Shown: one piece after another, positions 52,272 to 64,000 of the stretch
Layout: each line of letters opens with the position of its first letter
Position numbering within the stretch: position 1 is the stretch's first letter
Assembly: GCF_963921235.1 (NCBI RefSeq)
Contig: NC_086097.1
Coordinates: forward strand, 42,162,001-42,226,000
Direction of reading: 5' to 3'
DNA from: Mobula hypostoma
Lineage: Eukaryota
Length of the DNA: 64,000 nt
Translations under genes and position numbers: made by a program
The notes under the pieces: generated by a model
Told to the model about the DNA's origin: nothing
The model's input: the letters and a program-made list of their open reading frames with translations, nothing else
Databases searched by the model: none

Positions 52272-52835
52272 ACAATAGACAATAGACAATAGGTGCAGGA
52301 GCAGGCCATTTGGCCCTTCGAGCCAGCACCGCCATTCACTGTGATCATGGCTGATCATCCACAATCAGTATCCAGTTCCTGCCTTATCCCCATAACCTTT
52401 GATTCCGCTATCTTTAAGAGCTCTATCCATCTCTTTCTTGAAAGCATCCGGAGACTTGGCCTCCACAGCCTTCTGGGGCAAAGCATTCCATATATCCACC
52501 ACTCTCTGGGTGAAAAAGTTTTTCCTCAACTCCGTTCTAAATGGCCTACCCCTTATTCTTAAACTGTGGCCTTTGGTTCTGGACTCACCCATCAGCGGGA
52601 ACATGCTTCCTGCCTCCAGCGTGTCCAATCCCTTAATAATCTTATATGTTTCAATAAGATCCCCTCTCAGCCTTCTAAATTCCAGAGTATACAAGCCCAG
52701 TCGCTCCAATCTTTCGACATATGACAGTCCTGCCATCCCGGGAATTAACCTTGTGAACCTACGCTGCACTCCCTCAATAGCAAGAATGTTCTTCCTCAAA
52801 TTTGGAGACCAAAACTGCACACAGTACTCCAGGTC
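52272..52835 (-). mobile_element. Young CR1 3' fragment
   Basis: LEYCVQFWSP..RGDLIETYKI; (ctattgt)n tail. Confidence 0.92.
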
Positions 52836-53344
52836 CATGACGAAAAAGCCCTCCTCACCACAAAGCACATCTACTATACATGGAGTTTTGTTGCAGGAAA
52901 GCAGCATCCATCATCAAGGGTCCCACCACCCAAGTCATGATCCCTCCTCGCTATTGCCATCAGGAAGAAGGTACAGGAGCCCCAGAACTCACACCACCAG
53001 GTTTAGGAACAGTTATTACTCCTCAACTATTGGCTCTTGAACCAAAAGCTATAACTTCACTCAACTTTACTTGCCCCATCAATGAAATGTTCCTACAACC
53101 TATGGACACTTTCAAGGACTTTTCATCTCACGTTCTCAATATTTATTGCTTGCTTGCTTGCTTATTTATTTATTTATATTATTTCTTTCTTTTTGTATTT
53201 GTACACTTTATTGTCTTTTGCACACTGGTTGAACGTCCAGTTGATGTGGTCTTTCATTGAGACTATTAAGGTTATTGTTGTATTATGAATTTATTTGAGT
53301 ATGCCTGTAAGGAAATGAATCTCAGGGTTGTATATGGTGATATA

Positions 53345-54265
53345 CAGGGGCATGCAAACGTTTGGGCACCCCGGTCAAAATTTCTGTTACTGTGAATAGC
53401 TAAGCGAGTAAAAGATGGACTGATTTCCAAAAGGCATAAAGTTAAAGATGACACACTCCTTTAATATTTTAAGCAAGAAAACTTTTATTTCCATATTTTA
53501 CAGTTTCAAAATAACAAAAAAGGAAAAGGGCCTGAAGCAAAAGTGTGGGCACCCTGCAGGGCAGTACTTAGTAACACCCCCTTTGGCAAGTATCGGAGCT
53601 TGTAAATGCTTTTTGTAGCCAGCTAAGAGTCTTTCAATTCTTGTTTGGGGGATTTTCGCCCATTCGTCAATGCAAAAGGCTTCTAGTTCTGTGAGATTCT
53701 TGGGCCATCTTGCATGCACTGCTCTTTTGAGGTCTATCCACAGATTCTCGATGATGTTTAGGTCAGGGGACTGTGAGGGCCATGGTAAAACCTTCAGCTT
53801 GCGCCTCTTGAGGTAGTCCATTGTGGATTTTGAGGTGTGTTTAGGATCATTATCCTGTTGTAGAAGCCATCCTCTTTTCACCTTCGGCTTTTTTACAGAC
53901 GGTGTGATGTTTGCTTCCAGAATTTGCTGGTATTTAATTGAATTCATTCTTCCCTCTACCAGTAAATGTTCCCCGTGCCACTGGCTGCAACACAAGCCCA
54001 AAGCATGATCGATCCACCCTCGTGCTTAACAGATAGAGAGAGGTTCTTTTCATGAAATTCTGCACCCTTTTTTCTACAAACGTACCTTTGCTCATTGCGG
54101 CCAAGAAGTTCTATTTTAACTTCATCCGTCCACAGGACTTGTTTCCAAAATGCATCGGGCTTGTTTAGATGTTCCTTTGAACCTTTTGAATAGAACTTTC
54201 ACTTGCTTAGCTATTCACAGTAACAGAAATTTTGACCGGGGTGCCCAAACTTTTGCATGCCCCTG
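53345..54265 (-). mobile_element. Internally deleted Tc1 transposon (DD34E)
   Basis: ~70-bp TIRs starting caggggcatgcaaa, TA TSD on both sides; VLWTDEVKIE, QQDNDPKH..SPDLNIIENLW with D-34-E spacing; N-terminal DNA-binding domain deleted. Confidence 0.95.
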
Positions 54266-54539
54266 TATAACTACTTTAATAATGAATTTACTTTGAGCTT
54301 GATAATTTTGCTACATGTAAATTGTTCGCAGTACGTCTTGAGTTACAAGAGAGACCACGCTCCAAAACAAAATCATTCCTTAATTGTAAACTTCTTCAGA
54401 GGGTTACAAAGTGATGAAATACACTATGGAAAAGCTGCAGATGGTGGCAATAACATTCCCAAACTAAACAAAGGTGACGGAGTGTTCTGCATTAATCCAG
54501 CATTTGAATGCATGACCATAAATGAGTGAGATTCTGTGT

Positions 54540-54650
54540 GCTTCTATCCTCCATTCGTTGGGTGTTTTATGGTGAAATTTCCCTGCTATTAGTGAAAGAA
54601 GTTCTTGCAATTTCAGTCATAATTTCTCCTTCATCTATTCATCACACAGA
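54540..54650. repeat. 111-bp direct repeat, left copy (putative TSD)
   Basis: 8 mismatches versus 57318-57428 by manual count. Confidence 0.9.
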
Positions 54651-57317
54651 CTCTGACTCTGCTTTCTGTAGAGTAGAGCTAATAGGACTTGATGTTTCAA
54701 TCCTTGTGATAAGTCGGCACTCTCGATATTGGTGGTGGGCTTGGAGTGGTGACAAGGAGGGACGGTAGGTACCTCATTGGGGGGTCATCAGGTGGGCACC
54801 CTCCTTCTTTGACGTTTCGTTGGTAAGCCCACGATGTCTCCAGAGGGCTCAACGGTGCTACCTGGCATCTCAGATACACCCCCCTCAGTTCCATACCCTC
54901 CTGTCTTCATCTTGCAGCCCAGTTGTTCTCTTTTCTTTTAATCCAAATCCAATTGCTGCTTTCTTCTGCTGCATTTAACAGGGACTTGATTGGTTGTTGG
55001 AGGGAGTGACCCCTCACCCCCATCTTCCTCAATAGACTGGTCGTAGATGTAGCAACGAATCCCCTGCATCTCACTTCTACAAGGAAAATCTTGGTCTTCC
55101 AGCCATCCTGGGCAGCTTCAGTTGCCAATTCAGAGTATTTGGTCTTTTTCCTCTCATAAGCTTCTTCAATACCATCTTCCCATGGTGCTCTCAATTCCAC
55201 AACATATGCTAGCTTGGCTGTTGTGGACCACAGGACCATGTCTGGCCGGAGTGTTGTAGCCGCAATGTCTGGGGGAAACACAAGCTTTTTTTCCCCAAGT
55301 CCACGCCCATTTTCCATTACTGAGCAACCTGCAGAATGCTTACATCTTTTGATGTTATGTGGTGCTCTGGAGGTTGGCCTGCTGGTACAAATCGTGTAAT
55401 GTCAACATTTCTTGCCGATGGTTGTGGGAGAGCATTTGTGGTGATTCGCCTCTGTTCCAAGATTGATGCCAGCTGTCTGAGAACTTGGTTATGCTGCCAA
55501 GTATACTGCTCCTGACTGAGGCTCATGGTGCATCATGTTAAAATGCGCCTTATTGATCCAGGTGCTTGTCAAAGAGAACAAGCGGGGACTTCTCCCCACC
55601 ACTGGTTTAGGTTGTGGGGTGTGGGTAGGAGGTCATAAGTGGCTCTGATGACAAAACTTAGTCAAGATCCCCCCATCTCCCAGATGTCACGCCAGCTGAG
55701 CTTCCTCTTTTCCAGGCTCTCCCAATTAGTCCATTGGCCCTGCTTGGCCATTGAGATGGCCCTGCCGTGTCGCTCTGTCTCCTCCTGTCTTCTCACCTCC
55801 TCCACCACAAGCCGTCTCTTCTGCAGTGATGTTGCCTTGTGCCATTGAGGAGCCTTTGGGATGAGCCCAAGCCCGGCTCTCCCATGTTGGACTTGGCCAA
55901 CCACATCTCTGAAGTGAAGAGCAGACTTAGCACTCTGAACAGCTTCAGATGGGGTTCACTTCCTCCCCGTTGCCACACGGGGGGGCCACTGTTCAAATAA
56001 CAGTATCTTCAGATTCAGTGAGGGTCATGACCAACCTTGCTTTGGTGCATTTGAATTCTTCCACAAGACTTGCAATTGGTAATTCCAATTTGTCATTCCC
56101 ATACGGTCCAACAGGACTTAAGCATCGTGGGAGTCCAAGCCACTGTTTCACATGTGTGCTGATCACTCTTTCGAGCTTTTCCACCTTGTTGATGGGGATT
56201 TCCTAGTTAAAAGTCACATGAGTCTTGGGAGTATGCCGAACTGGAAGCACCACAGCTGGAGTTTTTCTGGCAGCCAGGTCTTGTTGATGCCAGCTATCTA
56301 CATGGTGGTACCCTTTTTGAGTTGTTCAAACTGCTCAGTGTCCTTGAGCTTGCATCATACTCTTCACTGCCCAAATTCTTCACTGGCATTTCTGGAACAG
56401 TTGGGATGGGTGTTCCGTCAATATGAAATCTTTGATCTACGACGTGACCTTTGACAATGGAGATGCTTCTACACTTGCTGGGCTTGATTTTCATCCTCGC
56501 CCATGTGATGTTCTGATGAAGCTTTTCTTGGTGCGGGGGACAGTTGTCGTCAATATTGTTATATAATCCATACAGTCTCGTATCGGTGGTAACCACTGAC
56601 CAAACTGTAGCCAGTTTCCTCCCGCAACCCATTTTGAGGCTCAGATAATGAGCTCCATTGCCATAGTGAAGGCCAATGGGGAGATGGTGCACCCCGCCAT
56701 GATGCCTATTTGCTGTGGTGAAGCCTAATGTTGTGAGACAAACTTGCAGATCCTGGAAGTAGTGTTTTACCAGATTTGTTGTTGTTGCAGGCACCTGAAA
56801 GAATTCAAAAGCAGTCCACAGTAGGGAATGAGGAACAGATCCACAGGCGTTGGCCAGGTTGAGGAACAAGACATGCAGATCCTTCCTTTCTTTCTTAGCC
56901 ATCCGGATTTGATGCCATATGACACTGGTATGTTCAAGATATCACAAGAAGCCTGCTATGCCAGCCTTTTGGATTGACGTATCAATGAAATGGTACTTTG
57001 TAAGTCTTTGCACCAACACGCTAAAAAAGATCCTGGCTTCTATGTTCAGAAGGTTTATTTGGCGAAACTGTTCGATGGTGGACGAATTCTTTTCTTTTGG
57101 GATCAGAACTCCACCCCCCCCCCACTCTTCTCCAGGCTTTGGCGATCACTTGCTTTTCCCACGCAACCCTTATGTTTCTCCAGAGAAATTTCAGAACATC
57201 CAGGGCATTCTTGTAGACACAATACGGAACACCGTTAGGGCCTGATGCTGATGCCGATCTTGCCTTCTTCATTGCCTCTTTCACCTCACTCAGCTTGCGA
57301 GGGCTGAGTTGGGACAA
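54651..57317 (-). mobile_element. HERO-like (R2 superfamily, RLE) non-LTR retrotransposon, 5'-truncated
   Basis: KKARSASASGPNGVPY, LNLANACGSVPH, YTWQHNQVL after a CCHC remnant, RPDMVLWS..VELRAPWE..YERKKTKY..VEVRCRGF; (agagtc) tail. Confidence 0.88.
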
Positions 57318-57428
57318 GCTTCTATCCTCCATTCGTCGGGTGTTTTATGGTGAAATTACCCCGCTATTAGTGGAAGAAGTTCTTGCAGTTTCAGTCAAAA
57401 TTTCTCTTTGATCTATTCATCACACAGA
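57318..57428. repeat. 111-bp direct repeat, right copy (putative TSD)
   Basis: Abuts the 5' truncation point of the HERO-like element. Confidence 0.9.
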
Positions 57429-58024
57429 ACACATTGACTTTCTTTGCTGATAGAAGAGACTGTGGATGCTGGAATCTGGAAGTAACGTACATGATGTTCG
57501 GGGGAACTCAACAGGTCAGGAGGCATCTCTGGAGGGCAGTTGATGTTTTCTGTCGAGAATCATCATCCAGAGACCTCTTGACAGTTACCACAACTGAACA
57601 CTAGCTGAAGAGGTGAAAGGCAATATTCAACTTCATGCTGGTAATATCTGGGTTTGTAGCTTATAATTTGAGCTAAACAAGTACTTCAGTGAGACAGAAA
57701 AGTCATTTTAGATCAACGAAATAAATACATTGAGGCATGTACCTAAATCATTAATTGGAAAATGGAATGCAGTATTAAGTCAACCATTAAAGTAATTAAT
57801 CATTCAAAAATTCACAAAATTTATAAGAGAAAATCAAATCCTAGAAGTCTTAGAAAAATCAGATAATTCAAAAAATATATTTGCAAATTATTGAAAAAAA
57901 GAAACAATCCTATAGACCAGGGAACTGGTTTAAACTTTTTAGGGTTATTTTGTACTAGCAACTGAATAATGTTTCATTAGTCAGGCTCCTTCAGATCTGT
58001 AATACTGTGGTTAATTAGATACAT

Positions 58025-58407
58025 TAGTTAGTTAGTTAGATCGGCCCATCACCCCTAATTGGGCATAGGCTGCTGACAGTAGTTCCTCAGAGCCCTCTGA
58101 TCTGGGCCAGTCTTTCAATTTGTCCCCAGGTATAGCCCATCTTCTTGGTGTCAGCTTCAAGATTATGTCACCAGATGTTCTTTGGCCAGCCTCCTTTAGA
58201 AGGTTGATCAGCCGGTGGCTTCACGGACTTGCAGCTTTCAACACACGACTCCAAACACCTTCTAGGCGAAGATCCTTTCTCTTCCAGGGATGAGGTCTTT
58301 GGAGCTTCTGTTAGCATTTCCATAGCTCTGGGTTTGTATGGGGTGAGATTACAAGCCCTGTGCTCAACCCTCCTTTCACAGCCAGGCTTGGGACCATCCA
58401 TGGCGAC
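58025..58407 (-). mobile_element. Short RTE-derived non-autonomous element (5' UTR piece joined to 3' end)
   Basis: GWPKNIW..LEADTKKMGYTWGQIERLAQ..LCP RTE C-terminus, (ctaa)n tail; upstream gggttgagcacagggct..ctcacccc resembles RTE 5' UTR. Confidence 0.6.
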
Positions 58408-59255
58408 TTAAATTCAATGGTTCCATTTAATATCAGAGAATGCACACAGTATACAGCCCGAAATTCTTGCTCTTTGCAGGCATCCATGAAAGCAAAGAAA
58501 TAATCACAGTAAAACTTCAGAATCCCAAAGCCCCCTCTCCCCACTCACACACAAACACAGCAAAGCATCAACCCTCTCCCTTCCCCTGCCGCCCGTATTT
58601 CAGCAGGAAGCATCAGCATTCACCAACCACCAAGCAAGCAATAGCAAAGCCCCCAAAGAGAGACCATGATCTGCAGTCCAACAAAAACTAATTGTTCATC
58701 CAAATATTCAACATGCCATTGGCTCTCTCTCTCTCTCTAACGAAGGACAGAGAGGTGTCACTCTTTCCACAATGAGAGGTGAGACTAACAAAACAGCTCA
58801 CTGATTATTATGTTACAGTCTGCCATGTCGTTCTTATTCTGAGTTCTCCAACTTGAGAATGTCCCCCACCGACGAGAGAAAGAGAAAGAACAAAAGTGAT
58901 TGCCCAAGTACAGAGGCCTCCAACAGCTACATCCGCTGTCGTAATGTTCCCTTTCATCTCCTGCAACACCTCAGTTGGCGACTCCGGCATGGAATCTGCC
59001 CATCTACAGGGCCGCAGGGCCTCACCCTGTAGGCATGCGTCTTCCATGCTGCGTCTGTACTGCTGGTCGGCGAGCTCCGGGAGCGAGAACCATCACTATA
59101 AAGAACCACAGTTTCAGTGCAGCTGTAGATCACGGACTCCGACAGAACCCCATCCACCTTGAAAAGGGAAAAAGAGACATTAAAGGAGAGAAATTAAGCT
59201 GCTTCACAGGTGAGCTCGAAGAAGTCGCCCTCTGGCGATATCTTAGCTCCACTTT
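58408..59255 (-). mobile_element. Non-coding element with a Rex-type 3' tail
   Basis: Minus-strand tail resembles 53290-53342; no RT motifs inside. Confidence 0.45.
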
Positions 59256-60139
59256 ATTCCTTGGAACGTAGAAGAGGTAAAAGTAAAATTCCTCCAAAAA
59301 AAACCTGTGAGCCATTAACTAAGGAAAGACGGGGCTGAATACACTGCAAAATATACTGAATAACAGGATTGCTTCACAGTCTACATTTAAAGTGTGCATT
59401 TTATAATAGAAATTACATTGCCACATCACATTTATGACTTTATGTATTTAATTGTCCTTGAGGAATATATCTTTTGCTATGTGATTATTATATTTTTATA
59501 CTGCTAAAGGAAGCTCTGCAGCTTGGTCATTAGAATAGAGGGGCTAATATCTCATCTTCAAAACAAGCTATTTTTTATTAAAGTTTCCAAATCTAAGTAA
59601 CTAGAAGTTGCATTATGATGAGCTAGACTAGCTTGCTTAAAGTGTCAATCAGACTCTCCCAAAGGGAACTACTGAATGGAGGGTTCAACATACAGGAATT
59701 ATTTCTGATTGTTGTGTATTTAATTGAAATTGAATCACTGAATATATTATGAAAACTACTATTTATGATCCAGTTTTATCACAAGAGCAGCACATTTCAT
59801 CAGTTTTGTCTTTTCGTCAGCAGTCGTGAACAGAATAGAATTCAAAATCATCTCGTCCATAATAAAACTGAAAATGTAGGAAATACTTAATGATTTAAGC
59901 AGCATCCGTAAGGACAGAATCAAAGGCGGCATTTCCAGCTCACAGTCAGATTTGCAGCATTCTCTCTGCTCAGGTGCAGCCGGATCTATTGAATATTTCC
60001 AGTATTTCTAATAACTTCACTTTTTTGATATCTCACCAAGGTTACACTTGTCAACACCAAACACAACACGGAAGACAGCAAGTCAGTAGGTATACAGACA
60101 GTGTAAGTCCAAGTGATTTCGTCCCATCTCCCAACTTAC

Positions 60140-60350
60140 GCCCTGAGCAGGAGAGCACGGGCTGACATTCTAATGCAGTGTGAGAGCGGTGCTACATTGC
60201 TTTTCAGATGAAATGTTAAAATAGGCCACTGTCTTCTCTTTAGAAGATCTGTACTACTCCCCTTTTAGCAGTGACAATTAACAACAGGTATAAAAAGTAC
60301 CTCAATTGGAAAATAGAAGTCTATACAAGGACTCTACATGTGCTTCTACA
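60140..60350 (+). mobile_element. Ancient Deu-domain SINE remnant (SacSINE1-like)
   Basis: ggctgacattctaatgcagtgtgagagcggtgctacattg..ttttcagatgaaatgttaaa; related pieces at ~44640-44695 and ~50180-50290. Confidence 0.5.
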
Positions 60351-61352
60351 TATAACTATTTTAATTCCACAGAAATACCCAGCAAAGCAATGCAGTTAAT
60401 TGCCTGAGAAAAGGAATGTCATATAACTGCAAGGCTAAGCACCAAACAGAAATTATTGAGAAATTCACAAAATTCATTGTGAAAGAACAAAAGCAACAAC
60501 GTCTAGAAAATTTAAAAAATTCTATTTTTCTCTGATGATTATGGATTAAAAGTAAGATCCCTAAGATCAGAGAATGAAAAGTAATTTTTCTCAGATGTTT
60601 TTCTTCTTGTAAGAATGAATGCACAAGATAAAAGAATGAAAGAATAAGGAAACAGGAGCAGGAAAAGGCCACCTGGCTCCTGAATCCATTCAATATAATC
60701 ACAGCTCAATGCCCTATGCCTCATTCCTCTTCTATGAAAGCTCCATAGTTCTAAAATTTTTCAAAGAAAAAAGCTGCCTTCTCTTCAAACACCTTCAGTA
60801 ATCAAACCTCCACAGTCTTCTGGAGTAAAAAATTCCAGAGTTCAAGAAGAAACTCTAATGCAACTCTGTTCCATTGACCTTCTCATCGGAGACCACAGTC
60901 AGTGCAGATCAAAAGTAAGACCATAAGACCATATGGCCCATTGAGTCTGCTCCGCTATTTGACTATAACTGATCCATTTCCCTCTCAACTCCATTCTCCT
61001 GCCTTCTCCATGTAACCTTTCACGATTGACTAATAAAGTATCTATTAATCTCACCTTAAATATACCCAAAGCCCTGGCCTCCACAGCCACATATGGCAAC
61101 TAATTCCACAGATTCTCCAACCTCTGGCTAAAGGAATTCCTCCTCATTTCCGTTCTACATGTATGTCCCTCTATTCCGAGTTTGCACTCTCTAGTCCTAG
61201 ACTCACCAACTATAGGAAACACTCTCTCCAAATACACTATACAGAGGCCTTTCAACATATGATAGGCTTCAATGACAACCACTCATTTTCTAAATTCCAA
61301 GGAGTACAGGCCCAAAGCCATAAGTCTTTCATTCCCGATATCATTCTCATGA

Positions 61353-61449
61353 GTCCTACTGAAAGGTCTCAGCCCGAAACATTGACTGTACTTTTTTCCA
61401 TAGGTGCTGCCTGGCCTGCCGAGTTCCTCCAGCATTTTGTGAGAGTTGC
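61353..61449 (+). mobile_element. 97-bp Penelope-like tail insertion
   Basis: 12-bp TSD tcattctcatga (61341-61352 and 61450-61461). Confidence 0.85.
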
Positions 61450-61821
61450 TCATTCTCATGAATCTCCTTTGAACCCTCTCCAATATCAGCACGTCCTTTC
61501 TTGAATAAGAGGCCCAAAACTTCTCATAATACTCCAAGTGAGGCCTCATCTGTGCCTTTTAAAGCCTGAGTATTAGATCTCTGTTTTTATATTCTATTCC
61601 TCTTGAAATGAATGCCTTCCTCACCAGTGACTCAACCTGCAACTAATCATTAGGGAATCCTGCATGAGAACTCCTAAGTCCCTTTGCACCTAAGATTTAG
61701 AGTTTTCTCCCCATTTAGAAAATAATCTACACTTTTATTGCTTCTACCAAAGTGCAGGACCATATACTTCTCGACGCTGTATTCCATCTGCCATTTCTTT
61801 GCCCACTCACCTAAACTGTCT

Positions 61822-63262
61822 CACTGCTACAGGCGGAAGTTCACACTTGCTTCAAAAAGGCAACAATTATACCGGTGCCTAAGAATATTATGAGCTGCCT
61901 TAATGACTATCGCCCGGTAACGTTCACATTGACAGTGATGAAATGCTTTGAGAGGTTGGTCATGACTAGACTGAACTCCTGTCTCAGCAAGGACCTGGAC
62001 CCATTGCAATTTGCCTTTCGCCACAATAGGTTAATGGCAGAGGCAATCTCATTGGCTCTCCACACGGCTTTAGACCACCTGGACAACACAAACATCTACG
62101 TCAGGATGCTGTTCATCGACTATAGCTTAGCATTTAATACCATCACTTCTACAATCCTGATTGAGAAGTTGCAGAACCTGGGCCTCTGTACCTCCCTCTG
62201 TAATTAGATCCTCGACTTCCGAACTGGACAATCACAATTTGTGCGGATTGGTGATAACATATCCTCCTCGCTGATGATCAACACTGGTGCACCTCAGGGG
62301 TGTGTGCTTAGCCCACTGCTCTACTCTCTATATACACATGACTGTGTGGCTAGGCAGAGCTCAAGTACCATTAATAAATTTGTTACTAGAATCTCAGATG
62401 GCGACGAGAGGGCGTACAGGAGTGAGATATGCCAACTAGTGGAGTGGTGCCACAGCAACAATCTGGCACTCAAAGTCAGTAAGATGAAAGAGCTGATTAT
62501 AGAAGTGTAAGGCGAAGGAACACATACCAATCCTCATAGAGGGATCAGAAGTGGAGAGAGTGAGCTGCTTCAAGTTCCTGGGTGGCAAGATCTCTGAGGA
62601 TCTAACCTGGTCCCAACATATTGATACAGTTATAAAGAAGGTAAGACAACAGCTATACTTTATTAGGGGTTTGAAGAGATTTGACATGTCAACAAATACA
62701 CTTAAAAACTTCTATAGTTGTACTGTGGAGAGCATTCTGACAGGCTGGTATGGAGGGGCTACTGCGCAGGACCAAAAGAAGCTGCAGAAGGTTGTAAATG
62801 TAGTCAGCTCCATCTTGGGTACTGGCTTACAAAGTACCCAGGACATCTTCAGGGAGTGGTGTCTCAGAAAGGCAGCTATTGTTAATAAGGACCTCCAGCA
62901 CCCAGGACATGCCCTTTTCTCACTGTTACCATCAGGTAGGAGGTTCAGGAGCCTGAAGGCACACACTCAGCGATTCAGGAACAGCTTCTTCCCCTCTGCC
63001 ATCTGAATCCTAAATGGATATTGAATCTTTGGACACTACCTCACTTTTTTTAATATACAGTATTTCTGTTTTTGCACATTTTTTAATCTATTCAATATAC
63101 ATAATTGATTTACTTGTCTATTTATTTTTTATTGTATTTATTATTGGTATTATTTTTTTTTCTCTGCTAGTTTATGTATTGCATTGAACTGCTGCTGCTA
63201 AGTTAACAAATTTCGCGTCACATGCCGGAGATAATAAACCTGATTCTGATTCTGATTCTGAT
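61822..63262 (+). mobile_element. Rex1/Babar LINE, 5'-truncated
   Basis: [56 protein letters not shown]; (gattct)n tail. Confidence 0.93.
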
Positions 63263-64000
63263 TAAGCCCTTCTGCAGACTCGTTGCCTCCTCAACACTAC
63301 CCGCCCCTCCACCTAGCTTCATATCATCCACAACCTGGACACAAAGCCATCAATTCCATCATCCACATCATTGACAAACAATGTAAAAAGAATCAATCTC
63401 AACACAGACCCCTGTGGAACAACACTAGTCACCGGCAGCCAACCAGAAAAGGCTCATCTTATTCCCACTCTTTGCTTCCTGCCAATCAGCCAATGCTCTA
63501 TCCATGCTCGTATCGCTCCTGTAATACCAAGGGTTTTTATCTTGCTGAACAACCTCATGTATGGCACCTTATCAAAGGCCTTATCAAAATCCAAGTACAC
63601 AACATCCACCAATTCTCGTTTGTCTATCCTGCTTGTCATTTCCTCAACAAATTCCAACAGATTTGTCAGGCCAGATTTTCCCTTAAGGAAACCATGCTGA
63701 CTTTGACCAATTATATCATGTGCCTCCAAGTACCCCAAGACTTCACCCATAACAATTGACTTCAACATCTTCCCAACCACAGAAGTCAGACGAACTGGCC
63801 TATAATATATTTTCCTCTGCCTCCCTCCCTTCTTGAAGAGTGAAGTGATATTTGCAATGTTTCTGTCCTCAGGAACCATGTCAGAATCTACTGATTCTTG
63901 AAAGATCATTATTAATGCCTCCAAAATCTCTTCAGCTATCTCTTTCAGAACACTGGAGGGTAGTCCATCTGGTTCAGGCAACTTAACTAACTTCAGACCT

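Larger units (their letters stand above)
50370..53342 (+). mobile_element. Old Rex1/Babar LINE interrupted by nested insertions
   Basis: [26 protein letters not shown] (50.4-51.07 kb), FKFLCVIISED (52.09 kb), LPSGRRYRS..RFRNSYY (52.96 kb); tail continues after the Tc1 at 54268. Confidence 0.8.
60916..64000 (-). mobile_element. CR1 LINE, interrupted by a Rex1/Babar copy and a PLE tail; runs off the window end
   Basis: ORF 63454-63981 YRPVRLTS..QHGFLKGKS..YLDFDKAFDKVP; CR1 sequence is contiguous across 61821/63263. Confidence 0.9.

Noticed and set aside
1..64000. CRISPR arrays, operons, tRNA/rRNA genes
   Set aside because: None seen; tRNA-like matches are PBSs or SINE remnants, and short tandem repeats are LINE tails

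Overview
Eukaryotic, repeat-saturated window with no recognisable host gene exon; probably intronic or intergenic. The repeat families (HER1-like CR1 LINEs, HE1-like V-SINEs, SacSINE1-like Deu-SINEs, Penelope-like tails) point to a cartilaginous fish, probably a ray (inference). Most ORFs in the track are decayed TE pieces: CR1, Rex1/Babar, Penelope-like, RTE, a HERO-like RLE LINE, two Tc1 transposons, two two-LTR Gypsy elements and a solo LTR. Highlight 1: a non-autonomous Gypsy element (23053-26781; CAGA TSD, tRNA-Pro PBS). Its RT C-terminus, RNase H and integrase core are replaced, in frame, by three non-contiguous, intron-less pieces of a sarcomeric myosin heavy chain rod. The pol frame is preserved across many deletions. 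Highlight 2: a HERO-like LINE flanked by a 111-bp direct duplication (apparent giant TSD). Highlight 3: a minimal hammerhead ribozyme with an intact core in a Penelope-like tail, plus several decayed copies. Highlight 4: a full-length CsRn1-clade Gypsy element, a clade known mainly from invertebrates. All calls come from reading motifs by eye, with no database search; boundaries of old elements are approximate.
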